DNA of 64,000 nt from Patescibacteria group bacterium (GCA_041671325.1 JBAZBR010000001.1:153771-217770), one strand, 5' to 3'. Shown: positions 8,543 to 19,875, counted from the first letter of the stretch. Notes: generated by a model from the letters alone, not told the origin. Numbers and translations: made by a program.

Positions 8543-8780
8543 ATTGGTGCTTGTTGAGCCCGACTGTTTTTTTAGCCTTAGTCGTACATATGGGTTTTAC
8601 CGGGCGAAACCCTCCGAAGCGCATCCTCCTTCGTCCCACTGTCGCGTGACTACGGAGGATATCCTCGTATTAAAACCTTTATCGATAGGTTTTCTCTAAT
8701 CGTTGATGGAAGCGAAGGAGGGTAATAATGTGCAAAATCCCCCGGAAAATCGGGGAATCGTCTGTTTTAAATATAAGTAA

Positions 8781-9056
8781 ATGGAAAATCGTGAAAAATC
8801 CGGCTTTTGGCAAGCCTTGGGGATTGCCTGGGAACTCGGTTATGTTATTGCTATCCCCATTGTCGTTTTTGGCCTCTTAGGCAGGTTTTTAGACAAGAAA
8901 TTCCAGACTTCGCCTTGGCTTTTATTGGCCGGCATAATCATTTCAATTGCAATTTCTTCGTTCGGCCTGGTTTCCAAATTTAAAAAAATGCTGAAAAAAA
9001 TTGAAGACACCACAAAAACCCCACCTTCTTCAAATCCTAACCAAGAATCAAAATAA
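8781..9056 (+). CDS. atpZ: AtpZ/AtpI-like small membrane protein of the ATP synthase operon
   Basis: It is a 91-aa 2-TM protein immediately upstream of atpB, the typical position and size. Confidence 0.55.
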   Translation: MENREKSGFWQALGIAWELGYVIAIPIVVFGLLGRFLDKKFQTSPWLLLAGIIISIAISSFGLVSKFKKMLKKIEDTTKTPPSSNPNQESK

Positions 9057-9805
9057 TGGCATCTGAAGTTTCCTTAGCTGCAGAAAAAGTATTCCATCTT
9101 GGGCCTTTGCCCATAACCAACAGCCTTTTGGCTACTTGGGTGGTTATGGCGATTTTGGTTATTGGTGCCATTATTTTAAACCGAAAAATAAAGAAAGACC
9201 GGCCAGGTGGTTACCAAAATTTAGTGGAAATGATTTTTGAAGGCGCTTTGGGTTTGATGGACTCGGTCACACAAGATCGCAAGCAATCCATGAAATTTTT
9301 TCCTTTTGTTTTCACCTTTTTCATTTTAATAATTTGTGGCAACTGGTTTGGGCTATTGCCTGGTGTAGGAACCGTGGGCTTCCATGAAATCCATGATGGT
9401 AAGGAATTGTTCGTGCCTTTGTTAAGAGGCTCGGCCGCAGATTTGAATTTTACTTTGGCCTTAGCTGCCATTTCGGTAGTAGCTACCCAAATAATCGCTG
9501 TCGTCACTTTGGGTTTTTTCAAGCATGCAAAGAAATATATAAACTTTAAAAATCCGATTATGGGTTTTGTCGGCGCCTTAGAAGTCATTTCCGAATTCGC
9601 CAAAATCTTATCCTTTTCCTTCCGGTTATTCGGGAATATTTTTGCCGGGGAAGTCTTGTTGATTGTCATAGGATTAATAATTCCATATCTTGTACCAATC
9701 CCATTTTTATTCCTGGAATTATTTGTTGGCTTTATCCAGGCTTTTATTTTCTCGGTATTGACCTTAGTTTTCTTGAAAATTGCCACTACGGCCACCGAGC
9801 ATTAG
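9056..9805 (+). CDS. atpB: F0 ATP synthase subunit a
   Basis: It carries RLFGNIFAGE, the conserved Arg-containing helix. Confidence 0.9.
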   Translation: MASEVSLAAEKVFHLGPLPITNSLLATWVVMAILVIGAIILNRKIKKDRPGGYQNLVEMIFEGALGLMDSVTQDRKQSMKFFPFVFTFFILIICGNWFGLLPGVGTVGFHEIHDGKELFVPLLRGSAADLNFTLALAAISVVATQIIAVVTLGFFKHAKKYINFKNPIMGFVGALEVISEFAKILSFSFRLFGNIFAGEVLLIVIGLIIPYLVPIPFLFLELFVGFIQAFIFSVLTLVFLKIATTATEH

Positions 9806-9915
9806 TAATCAGGCCTTTGGATTTTAGTTATAAAATTCAAATGTTTCATTATTAATTAACAGCATTTTAACTTCGACTTTAAAAATCCAAAAAACAGTCG
9901 GAAGGAAAAATGTGA

Positions 9916-10155
<240 letters not shown>

Positions 10156-10217
10156 TTTTCAATTAGCCTTGTCTTGCTCCGCAACTGCGGGGCTGGACAG
10201 GCTAGTGGATAATTCTA

Positions 10218-10323
10218 TTGTCATTTCGAGCGGAGCAAAGCGAAGTCGAGAAATCTCGCCTTTACTAGACTAGATTCCTCCACTCCGTTCAGCCAAATGG
10301 CTGAACTTCGGTCGGAATGACAA
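10218..10323. repeat. Foldback MITE-like element, copy A (terminal inverted repeats TTGTCATTTCGAGCG / CGGTCGGAATGACAA)
   Basis: The terminal inverted repeats and internal hairpins (cgagaaatctcg; gttcagcc/ggctgaac) were read directly. It is related to copies at 13661 and 15606. Confidence 0.7.
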
Positions 10324-10354
10324 GTTTGTAAATTAACTAATAAATTACTTAAAT

Positions 10355-10858
10355 ATGGGAGATTTAATAAAACAATTCGGCATAGAACCCAGCCTCTTGA
10401 TTGCGCAAATAATTAATTTTGGCATTGTCCTGTTTGTCTTGTGGAAGTTTGCCTATAAACCAGTCCTAAAAGTATTGCGTGAAAGGCAAGCTAAAGTCAA
10501 AAAAAGTCTGGAAGATGCCAAAGCGGTGGAAATGAAACTGCAGGAAGCGGAAAAGATGAAACAGGAAAAGATTTTGGAAGCCAGGGGTGAAGCCGAGGCA
10601 ATTTTGGAGAATGCCTCTAAAGAAAGCGAAAGATACCGCCAACAGAGATTGGCGGAAGTCCAGTCCGAAATTGACGGCATGAAAGTCCATGCTCAGGCTG
10701 AAATTGTTGCCCAAAAAGCCCAAGCTTTGAATCAAGCCAAGGCCGAGATGGTGGATTTGGTAATTAGCGCAACCGGGAAAGTCGTGGGTAAATCCGGCAT
10801 TGAAAAAGTTAATAAAGCTTTAGTGGAAGAAGCGGTGGAGGAAACCAAGAATGTCTAA
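10355..10858 (+). CDS. atpF: F0 ATP synthase subunit b
   Basis: It has an N-terminal TM segment followed by a long charged coiled coil. Confidence 0.8.
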   Translation: MGDLIKQFGIEPSLLIAQIINFGIVLFVLWKFAYKPVLKVLRERQAKVKKSLEDAKAVEMKLQEAEKMKQEKILEARGEAEAILENASKESERYRQQRLAEVQSEIDGMKVHAQAEIVAQKAQALNQAKAEMVDLVISATGKVVGKSGIEKVNKALVEEAVEETKNV

Positions 10859-11258
10859 ATTTACAGTTAACCAATATGCGGCTGCTTATCAGGCTGCAGT
10901 CAAAGATAAAGCAGGGAAAGAGCGGGAAGTTATTGCCCATAATTTGGTAAAGACCTTGGCTTACCGCCGGCAAATAAAATTATTGCCAAGGATAATGACA
11001 GCTTTGGAAAGATTGATTGCGGAAGCTGGCGGGCCGATTGTGGTTAAAATTAAGGCCACCAGTAAACCAGATGAACAGACTTGCGGAATATTAAAACAAC
11101 AATTGGAAAAAGCCTTGGGCCGGGAAGTAAAAGTCCGCTGCCAAGTTGACCCGAAAATTTTGGCCGGCATCAAAATCCAGATAGGGGACCAATTAATCGA
11201 CAATTCCCTAGCTTCCAGGTTATTTAATTTAAAAAAACAACTTTTAACTAATTCCTAA
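10851..11258 (+). CDS. atpH: F1 ATP synthase subunit delta (OSCP), short form
   Basis: Its position between atpF and atpA and its C-terminal LAGIKIQIGDQLIDNSL segment support the call. Confidence 0.7.
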   Translation: MSKFTVNQYAAAYQAAVKDKAGKEREVIAHNLVKTLAYRRQIKLLPRIMTALERLIAEAGGPIVVKIKATSKPDEQTCGILKQQLEKALGREVKVRCQVDPKILAGIKIQIGDQLIDNSLASRLFNLKKQLLTNS

Positions 11259-11261
11259 ATT

Positions 11262-12764
11262 ATGCCCCACACTATCGTTGAAGTCCTTAAAACCCAACTC
11301 CAAAATTTTCAAGCCCAAGTCGCCAAAACCACAGTCGGCCATGTCATCGAAGTCGGCGATGGCATTGCCCGGGTTGAAGGCTTGTCCGATATCCGTTCAA
11401 GCGAAAAAGTAGTTTTTGCCTCTGGCGCCCAGGGCGTAGCTCAGAATTTGGAAGAAGACACGGTTGGCATCATGATCATGAAAGGTGCGGTAGAAGTTAA
11501 AGAGGGTGAAGAAGTTCGGGGTACGGGAGAAATACTGTCTGTTCCCGTGGGCCAGGAAATGGTTGGTCGGGTAGTAAACCCTTTGGGTGAAGCTATTGAT
11601 GGCAAGGGCGCTATTCAAACTAAAACGACTTATCCCGTAGAAAGGATCGCGCCCGGGGTAATTACCCGGGAATCAGTTAAACAGCCCTTACAAACCGGTA
11701 TAAAAGCTATTGATGCGCTTATCCCAATTGGCCGAGGTCAAAGAGAATTAATTATCGGTGATAGACAAACTGGCAAGACTGCGATCGTCATTGACACCAT
11801 TATCAATCAAAAAGGCACGGGTGTAACTTGCATTTATGTAGCCATTGGCCAAAAAGCCTCAAAGATCGCGCGTATTGTGGCAGAACTTGAAAAGCACGGA
11901 GCTATGGAGCACACTATCGTGGTTTTAGCCAACGCCTCAGATCCGGCAGCTTTATCTTTCCTGGCACCCTATGCTGGCTGTGCCATGGGTGAATATTTCA
12001 TGGATCAAGGCAAGGATGCTTTGGTAATTTATGATGACCTCTCCAAACACGCTTGGGCTTACCGCCAAATTTCCTTGCTTTTGCGCCGTCCCCCAGGCCG
12101 GGAAGCCTACCCAGGTGACATTTTTTACTTGCATTCCAGGTTGTTGGAACGCGCTGCGAAATTAAACAAGGATATGAAAGGCGGTAGCTTGACGGCTTTG
12201 CCGATTATTGAAACCCAAGCTGGGGATGTTTCGGCTTACATCCCGACTAACGTGATTTCCATTACTGATGGCCAAATTTATTTGGAATCAGATTTGTTTT
12301 ACCAAGGCCAAAGGCCGGCTTTGAACATCGGCTTGTCAGTATCCCGCGTAGGTTCAGCCGCGCAAAATAAAGCCATGAAAAAAGTAGCAGGCAAATTAAG
12401 GTTAGACATGGCCCAATACCGGGAATTAGCGGCTTTTGCCCAATTCGGTTCAGATTTAGACGCAGCCACTAAAGCGCAGTTGGAAAGAGGCAAGCGGACA
12501 GCAGAATTATTGAAGCAGGGCTTACTTAAGCCAATACCCGTTACCCAACAAATTTCAGTTTTGTATGCAGTCACCCAAGGTTTGCTAGATGAAGTTGCCG
12601 TTGAAGATATCCAGGCCTGGGAAAAAGCTTTTTTACACGCGCTTTCAACCCAGCAAAACAAGTTTTTGGAAAAATTGGCCAAATCGGCCGAGTTGACTCC
12701 GGAAATCGAGAAAGAACTCAAGGAGATAATCGTGAATTTTAACGCTTTAAGGAAAAATAAATAA
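11262..12764 (+). CDS. atpA: F1 ATP synthase subunit alpha
   Basis: It has the Walker A motif GDRQTGKTA and full alpha-subunit length. Confidence 0.95.
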   Translation: MPHTIVEVLKTQLQNFQAQVAKTTVGHVIEVGDGIARVEGLSDIRSSEKVVFASGAQGVAQNLEEDTVGIMIMKGAVEVKEGEEVRGTGEILSVPVGQEMVGRVVNPLGEAIDGKGAIQTKTTYPVERIAPGVITRESVKQPLQTGIKAIDALIPIGRGQRELIIGDRQTGKTAIVIDTIINQKGTGVTCIYVAIGQKASKIARIVAELEKHGAMEHTIVVLANASDPAALSFLAPYAGCAMGEYFMDQGKDALVIYDDLSKHAWAYRQISLLLRRPPGREAYPGDIFYLHSRLLERAAKLNKDMKGGSLTALPIIETQAGDVSAYIPTNVISITDGQIYLESDLFYQGQRPALNIGLSVSRVGSAAQNKAMKKVAGKLRLDMAQYRELAAFAQFGSDLDAATKAQLERGKRTAELLKQGLLKPIPVTQQISVLYAVTQGLLDEVAVEDIQAWEKAFLHALSTQQNKFLEKLAKSAELTPEIEKELKEIIVNFNALRKNK

Positions 12765-13660
12765 TGCCCAGCACCCGCGACATCAAACGTCGGATCAAAT
12801 CCATTGGTAATACCCGCAAGATTACCAAAGCCATGGAATTGGTTTCGGCCGCGAAAATGCGCAAAGCCGTGAGTCAAGCTTTAGCTACCCGGGCGTATGC
12901 GCATGCGGCCTGGGAGGTTTTAACCAATGTTTCCGAAGTCACTAATCGGGAAAGCCATCCTTTGTTAATTCAGAGGACTGTAAAAAAAGTTGCCGTGATT
13001 GTCATCAGCTCTGACCGCGGTTTGGCCGGAGGCTTTAATGCCAACGTGGTTAGGCAGGCTTTGGAAGTAATCGCCCTGGAAAACCAAGTACCGGTGGATA
13101 TCATTGCTTTGGGAAATAAAGGTGCGGATGGTTTGCGCCGGGCAGGTACGAATTTAGTTGCAGCTTTTTCCAATCCCCACACCAAACCCACTATTGAAGA
13201 TTTGACGCCAATTACCAAGATTGCCATTGATGATTTTGTATCAGGGGTTTATGACAAGATTTATACGGTGTACACGGATTTTGTTTCTACCTTAACTCAA
13301 AAAGCCAGGTCAAGAATAATTTTGCCAATCCAAAAAGAAACCCTCCGCCAAGTCTTGGATGATGTAGCGCCGGAAATTGAAACAATGAAAGTTGATGCCA
13401 ATAATCCCTACCTGTTTGAGCCAAACCCGGATGAAGTTTTGGAAAAAATGTTGCGGGCTTTGGTCCAGTCCCAAGTTTACCAGGTGGTTTTGGAATCTTT
13501 AGCTTCAGAACACGCCGCCCGCATGGTCGCCATGCGCAATGCCAATGATGCGGCTGAAGAATTGACTGATGATTTGACTTTAACTTACAACCAAGCTCGC
13601 CAGGCTGGCATTACCCGGGAGATCGCGGAAATATCCGCTGGCCGTGCGGCGTTGGAGTGA
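12764..13660 (+). CDS. atpG: F1 ATP synthase subunit gamma
   Basis: The N-terminus RDIKRRIKSIGNTRKITKAMELVSAAKMRKA is the gamma signature. Confidence 0.9.
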   Translation: MPSTRDIKRRIKSIGNTRKITKAMELVSAAKMRKAVSQALATRAYAHAAWEVLTNVSEVTNRESHPLLIQRTVKKVAVIVISSDRGLAGGFNANVVRQALEVIALENQVPVDIIALGNKGADGLRRAGTNLVAAFSNPHTKPTIEDLTPITKIAIDDFVSGVYDKIYTVYTDFVSTLTQKARSRIILPIQKETLRQVLDDVAPEIETMKVDANNPYLFEPNPDEVLEKMLRALVQSQVYQVVLESLASEHAARMVAMRNANDAAEELTDDLTLTYNQARQAGITREIAEISAGRAALE

Positions 13661-13763
13661 TGTCATCCCGAGCGAAGTCGAGGGATCTCGTTAACCTAAA
13701 TATTTAAGAAATCGAGATTCCTCCGCTTCACCCCGCAATGCGGGGTTACGGTCGGAATGACAA
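13661..13763. repeat. Foldback MITE-like element, copy B. It starts immediately after the atpG stop codon. A partial extra copy with a CCCCGCGGCCGCGGGG palindrome lies at 13795-13836.
   Basis: The left end is TGTCATCCCGAGCGAAGTCGAGGGATCTCG. The right end is GATTCCTCC...CGGTCGGAATGACAA. Confidence 0.7.
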
Positions 13764-14199
13764 ATAAAAAACGTACATTACAAAATCTGATTACCCTCAT
13801 CCGGCCCCGCGGCCGCGGGGTCGCTCGCAATGACAGATAAAAAGTGTTCCTTACAAAACGAAAAAGCGCCTTGAAGTTATCGCAGCGCTTTAGTAAAGAT
13901 AATTCAATTACAGAGGTTTTCTGGACACTACGGTAAAAAATCCGTCAATGTAAAGAATCTGGAAGAGTTCAAATTTTTTAATACACAGGCCATTAAGGTA
14001 ACCCTTAAGTTCTGTGGGTGTAACCACTTCAACATGGTAATCATAAGCAATAACCACTTTTTTACCCCTTTCCTTTTGTGTTTATACAGGCTAATTTAAT
14101 TAGATATGTTAACAAAAGTATGAATATTTGTCAAGCCATTTATGAAATGAAAGTTTTAATTTCTAAATAACATTAGGAATTAAAATTTCTAGTTCATAA

Positions 14200-15600
<1,401 letters not shown>

Positions 15601-15605
15601 ATTAC

Positions 15606-15743
15606 TTGTCACCCTGAGCCTGAGTATTATGAAGGCGAAGGGTCTCCACAAGTGTAAATAATATTTATAAAGATTCTCCCGCCTGCCTCGCCAGTGCGAG
15701 TACGGTGGGCAGGTCCCCCGCAGTCGCGGGGTCAGAATGACAA
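15606..15743. repeat. Foldback MITE-like element, copy C. It contains the inner palindrome cccgcctgcc...gtacggtgggcagg, which is also inserted in a pseudo-tRNA at 39116-39152.
   Basis: The terminal inverted repeats are TTGTCACCCTGAGCC / GGGGTCAGAATGACAA. It begins 6 nt after the atpD stop. Confidence 0.7.
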
Positions 15744-15750
15744 AAACCTT

Positions 15751-16170
15751 ATGCTAAAAGTTTTAAACCTCACTATTACCACGCCTGAAAAAATCGTTTA
15801 CCAAGACACGGTTGATGAGATTGTTTTACCAACCTTGCAAGGCGAGATTGGCATACTGCCGAATCATATCCCTTTAGTTTCAATTTTAGCTGCTGGTGAA
15901 ATCAGGATAAAAAAACAAGGTGAAATAACCCTCATGGCAGTCTCCGCCGGCTTTATTGAGGTGAAAAATAATAATATAACGATTTTGGCTGACACTGCGG
16001 AAAAGGCCGAAGAGATTGACGAGCAAAGGGCGCAAGCGGGCAGGGAACGGGCTTTGAAATTAATGCAGGAAAGGGCGACTGATGATGTTGGTCTGGCTAG
16101 CGCCCAAGCGGCCTTGGCCAAAGAACTAGCCAGGTTAAAAGTCGCCAGGAAACACCGGAAACGAGTTTAA
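15751..16170 (+). CDS. atpC: F1 ATP synthase subunit epsilon
   Basis: The ATG at 15751 (MLKVLNLTITTPEKIVYQD...) is the likely start. The longer ORF-track start at 15694 would read through repeat copy C. Confidence 0.8.
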   Translation: MLKVLNLTITTPEKIVYQDTVDEIVLPTLQGEIGILPNHIPLVSILAAGEIRIKKQGEITLMAVSAGFIEVKNNNITILADTAEKAEEIDEQRAQAGRERALKLMQERATDDVGLASAQAALAKELARLKVARKHRKRV

Positions 16171-16207
16171 TATTAATAAGTGAAATATTGACAATCCACC
16201 CTTAAAG

Positions 16208-16732
16208 ATGGATAGTTTTAGCGTAGAATTATTGAAAAAGCCTATGACTCGAATTACCACGATATTAGGCGATATTACTCAACAGAAAGTTGACGCTATT
16301 GTTAATGCTGCCAACCCGCGTTTATCCGGAGGCGGGGGAGTTGATGGGGCGATCCATAAAGCCGCCGGCCCAGGTTTGTTAAAGGAATGTCAAACTTTAG
16401 GTGGTTGTAAAGTGGGGGAAGCGAAAATTACCAAAGGCTATAATTTGCCAGTGAAATTTGTCATTCATACTGTGGGTCCGGTATACAGGGGTTTGGCCCA
16501 AGACGCTGAATTGTTAGCTTTATGCTATCGGAATTCATTAGATTTGGCGTTAAAAAATAAAGTTCGCACTATTGCTTTTCCGGCAATATCCACAGGCGCC
16601 TATGGCTACCCTAAAGAAGAAGCGGAAAAAATTGCTTTGCATACAGTTAAAGAATGGGTTCTAGCCCACCCTGAGACTTTAGATGAAGTTAGGCTTGTCT
16701 TATTTGCTACGCGGGATATAGGCGGTGTTTAA
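16208..16732 (+). CDS. Macro-domain protein (O-acetyl-ADP-ribose deacetylase-like)
   Basis: It has [16 protein letters not shown] and [14 protein letters not shown] motifs. Confidence 0.8.
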   Translation: MDSFSVELLKKPMTRITTILGDITQQKVDAIVNAANPRLSGGGGVDGAIHKAAGPGLLKECQTLGGCKVGEAKITKGYNLPVKFVIHTVGPVYRGLAQDAELLALCYRNSLDLALKNKVRTIAFPAISTGAYGYPKEEAEKIALHTVKEWVLAHPETLDEVRLVLFATRDIGGV

Positions 16733-16836
16733 GTCAAATTTAATTATTAAAATGAGGTTTTTCTAATCACCTTGATTTTTAGGAAGGTTTTGGATTATCA
16801 TTTAAATAGTACACTCAAAGCCGAAAGGAGGCCGGT

Positions 16837-17028
16837 ATGGCCAAATTGCCCAAAGGTGGAATGATTGACCTATCAACCAGAAAATCAGGCGCCGTAGTTC
16901 CTTCTACCGGTACCCCGTCAATTGGAACACCAAGGCCGCAAGATCATGCATGGATGTCAACATCTGACATTGATCATTGCAATCCACCATTTCCAAAAGG
17001 GAAGCCAAGAAACAATCGCAAGGAGTAA
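16837..17028 (+). CDS. small hypothetical protein
   Basis: A strong Shine-Dalgarno AAAGGAGG precedes the ATG. An intrinsic terminator hairpin (agagagg/cctctct plus a T-run) lies at about 17055-17085. Confidence 0.5.
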   Translation: MAKLPKGGMIDLSTRKSGAVVPSTGTPSIGTPRPQDHAWMSTSDIDHCNPPFPKGKPRNNRKE

Positions 17029-17117
17029 CACTACTTTTCATGCGATTCCAGATCCTTAAAAGAGAGGCATTAACCTCTCTTTTTTAAATTAATAATGGGT
17101 ATATACTAAACTCTAGT

Positions 17118-17297
17118 ATGGGTTCAAAAATTTTAATTTATATGGGCTTGTTTATCGGTTCAACGGTTGGAAGTTTAGTCCCTTCGCTTTGGCACCAAAG
17201 CGTTTTTTCAGGTCAGTCCTGGCTTGGCAGTTTAATTGGCGGAATTGTAGGAATTTGGGCGGGTTTTAAAATTAACCAGAAAATTACTGGAGGTTAA
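17118..17297 (+). CDS. small 2-TM glycine-zipper membrane protein (YeaQ/YmgE-like, 59 aa). It is not in the supplied ORF track because it is 59 aa.
   Basis: The ORF was read directly as MGSKILIYMGLFIGSTVGSLVP...GGIVGIWAGF. Confidence 0.4.
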   Translation: MGSKILIYMGLFIGSTVGSLVPSLWHQSVFSGQSWLGSLIGGIVGIWAGFKINQKITGG

Positions 17298-17301
17298 AAC
17301 T

Positions 17302-17592
17302 ATGTTTCATATCACCCCGCCAAAACCTACAAAAGCTAAGCATATTATTTATTTGATCAGTACTACGATTTTGGGCATTCTCTTGAGTTTGTTAGCTCAC
17401 GTGGGTTTGGAGTCATGGTATTTACATTGGGCTCAAGACAATAATCATTTAGTGGTTTGGTATGGCGGCTGTGCCTTGCCCTGGGAAGTCCAAGTAGCGC
17501 TACCAATTTTAGGAGCTTTGTTTGGTTTTTGGCTGGGCAGGATTTGGTGGCGAATTGTTTATGTTGAACAAAAGTGGCTGAAGAAAAAGTAA
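17302..17592 (+). CDS. hypothetical membrane protein
   Basis: It has two predicted TM helices. A bidirectional terminator hairpin follows at about 17597-17625. Confidence 0.45.
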   Translation: MFHITPPKPTKAKHIIYLISTTILGILLSLLAHVGLESWYLHWAQDNNHLVVWYGGCALPWEVQVALPILGALFGFWLGRIWWRIVYVEQKWLKKK

Positions 17593-17632
17593 TAAAAAAA
17601 CGCCCGGTAAGCCAGGCGTTTTTAATGTTCAG

Positions 17633-18022
17633 CTATTCATAGACGATGTTGTAGTCAGGGTCTGATAAGCGTTTCAAAACCAAGAAGGTATTAAGCGTCT
17701 CGCCGTTGGAACAGGGGACAAACCCGCCCTCACCTTTAGGGCAAAGTGCCCTGAGTATTGGTATAAAAACAGGAAGATGACTTGGGGTAGTTCCCAACCA
17801 GACTTCACCACCGTGGGTGATTATAACCATGATACCATTATTGGTCGACCATTTACCCATTTTGGCGTCCGTGAGTCTTTCACCAATGTATTCGCCTGCG
17901 TGGTTACCATAAGCTTCGAGACCAGTCACGTGGACGAATCCAAATCGCCTTAATGCGTCTCTCTCCTGTTGATTTGTTTTCGCTCCTTGTAAATGAACTA
18001 CACGATCGACAGAGATTTTCAT
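17633..18022 (-). CDS. hypothetical protein
   Basis: It has a minus-strand Shine-Dalgarno AGGAGGA and a TTGACA-17-TATACT promoter upstream (plus coordinates about 18060-18125). Confidence 0.5.
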   Translation of the reverse strand: MKISVDRVVHLQGAKTNQQERDALRRFGFVHVTGLEAYGNHAGEYIGERLTDAKMGKWSTNNGIMVIITHGGEVWLGTTPSHLPVFIPILRALCPKGEGGFVPCSNGETLNTFLVLKRLSDPDYNIVYE

Positions 18023-18136
18023 ACTTTTCCTCCTTTCTCTGTCTTTTTACATACATACCATACAGCGTGATTGCTGTATTTTTAACCTAAGAGTATAGGG
18101 TATTTTTGGTTTATTGTCAAGGCTAATTTTTGGAAT

Positions 18137-18268
18137 TAAAAAATAGGCTGGAGTCTTACCCAAGACTCCAGCCCCTTAACGATCCCTCAAGGAGGCCTTA
18201 GAAAAGGCCGTTACTAGCCCTGCTACCAAGAGCTCTTGTCTTGCCGCCGCTCAAGAGCGCCTAGCAGC
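18137..18268 (-). ncRNA. candidate small RNA of about 130 nt. It has a consensus promoter (TTGACA at 18303-18298, TATACT at 18280-18275) and an intrinsic terminator (12-bp stem at 18146-18173 plus a U-run).
   Basis: The promoter hexamers with a 17-nt spacer and a perfect hairpin followed by TATTTTTT on the minus strand were read directly. No ORF with a ribosome-binding site is present. The identity is unknown. Confidence 0.4.
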
Positions 18269-18404
18269 AAAACCAGTATAAAATAAAAAACGCAGTTGTC
18301 AAATATGATTATAGTAAAAGCTTTAATTTTAAAGGAGGTTTTAAATTTGCTTTTTAACGCATTTTAAGTAAAAATTAAGTTATCTACTATTAATCATCAA
18401 GAAT

Positions 18405-18965
18405 ATGACCAGAAAAACATATTACTTATTAATGCCAGCACTTTTATTGGCTATGGTTTTTGGGCTTTCAGCCTGTAAAAGCACCAGCCAAAAAGCTGCC
18501 GAATCAATTATTGAAAAATCCACCAATGGCCAAGCTGACGTGGATTTAACCAATAATAGCATCAAGGTAAATACAAACGGGTCTTCTTGGGAAACTGGCG
18601 ATAAAGTCAGCTTGCCAACGGATTTCCCATCAGATATTTATGTGCCAGAAGGAACCATTAAGACAGCGCTCAAGACTGATGCAAACAGCAGCTTTACGGT
18701 TAGTTTGGAATCCACAACTTCCATGGCAGACATCAAATCCGCTTATGAAAGCCATTTTCAATCCCAAAGCTGGACTATTACTTCTTCAGGCGCAATCCAA
18801 AATTCTTTTTCTTACCTGGCCCAAAAGGGCAATCGGGATTTGACCGTGGGCATTTCAGATTCTGACGGCAAGAGAATCGTTTCGATTACTACTTATACCA
18901 ATTCAACGACAACACAGGTTCCTGATAATAATACCAATTCAGACGAAGCCGCAACCAATAATTAG
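18405..18965 (+). CDS. secreted lipoprotein (hypothetical)
   Basis: It has a signal peptide with the lipobox LSAC. Confidence 0.5.
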   Translation: MTRKTYYLLMPALLLAMVFGLSACKSTSQKAAESIIEKSTNGQADVDLTNNSIKVNTNGSSWETGDKVSLPTDFPSDIYVPEGTIKTALKTDANSSFTVSLESTTSMADIKSAYESHFQSQSWTITSSGAIQNSFSYLAQKGNRDLTVGISDSDGKRIVSITTYTNSTTTQVPDNNTNSDEAATNN

Positions 18966-18992
18966 ATAGTTTTTCATTAAAAATAAACAAAT

Positions 18993-19781
18993 ATGGGAAA
19001 ATTTATTATTCTACCGACTGAGCAAAAGTTTATAAAAATCAGGAATTTCAATGTTGTAATGGGTTTCTTACATTTGATCCAGGCCATTGCCATGCTTTTT
19101 ATTAGTTCGGATTTTAGCTTGCCAGTAAATTCCTCTTTTGTTCAATTCAATGTGGCCAGCGGGAAATTAGAACCGGTATTGAATACGCTTTTTAGCTTGC
19201 GCATTGGGCCTTTGGTTGCCGGGTTCTTATTCCTTTCTGCTTTAGCGCATTTCGCCATTTCTTCCGGCCGGATTTACGAATGGTATATCAAGAATTTGAA
19301 AAAAGGCCTAAACCTTGCACGCTGGATTGAATATGCCCTAAGTTCATCTTTAATGATCGTGATAATTGCCATGCTGGTTGGCATGTATGATGGGGTCAGC
19401 CTGATGTTGATGTTCTTCTTAAACATGATGATGATTTTCTTTGGTTGGCTTATGGAACTGCATAACCAATCAATTTCAAAAACTAACTGGACATCCTACG
19501 TTTTTGGTTGTATTGCCGGCGCCATTCCTTGGTTAGCCGTGGCGTTTTATCTTTTTGGTTCGGGCGGTCCAACCGGCCATGCGCCGACCTTTGTCTACTG
19601 GATTTTCTTTTCAATTTTCATTTTCTTCGATATTTTTGCGGTCAATATGATTTTGCAATACAAGAAAGTCGGCAAGTGGAAAGATTACTTATATGGCGAA
19701 AGGGCGTATATAATCTTGAGTTTGGTAGCTAAGTCACTTTTAGCTTGGCAAGTCTTTTTCGGGACTTTAAGGCCGGTTTAA
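18993..19781 (+). CDS. heliorhodopsin
   Basis: It is a 7-TM protein. Its C-terminal segment GERAYIILSLVAKSLLAWQVFFGTL is nearly identical in pattern to heliorhodopsin 48C12 (ERAYIVLSLVAKSALAWQIFSGTL) and includes the retinal-binding Lys. Shared WIEYALSSSLMIV, FGWL and GCIAGAIPW segments support the call. Confidence 0.8.
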   Translation: MGKFIILPTEQKFIKIRNFNVVMGFLHLIQAIAMLFISSDFSLPVNSSFVQFNVASGKLEPVLNTLFSLRIGPLVAGFLFLSALAHFAISSGRIYEWYIKNLKKGLNLARWIEYALSSSLMIVIIAMLVGMYDGVSLMLMFFLNMMMIFFGWLMELHNQSISKTNWTSYVFGCIAGAIPWLAVAFYLFGSGGPTGHAPTFVYWIFFSIFIFFDIFAVNMILQYKKVGKWKDYLYGERAYIILSLVAKSLLAWQVFFGTLRPV

Positions 19782-19875
19782 TCTAGTTTGACAAAAATAT
19801 TTATAATTTCTATTATTAAGTTGCCTGCGGTTGCTTTATCCTTGCCTAAGCAGCCCGCAGCATTTGTAGAGTGCC

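Noticed and set aside
8580-8735. Fourth full copy of the atp-operon MITE in the operon leader
   Set aside because: Only the internal GAAGCGAAGGAGG-like core and its complement are present, and no TTGTCA...TGACAA termini. I treat it as leader structure with possible distant relationship rather than as a counted copy.
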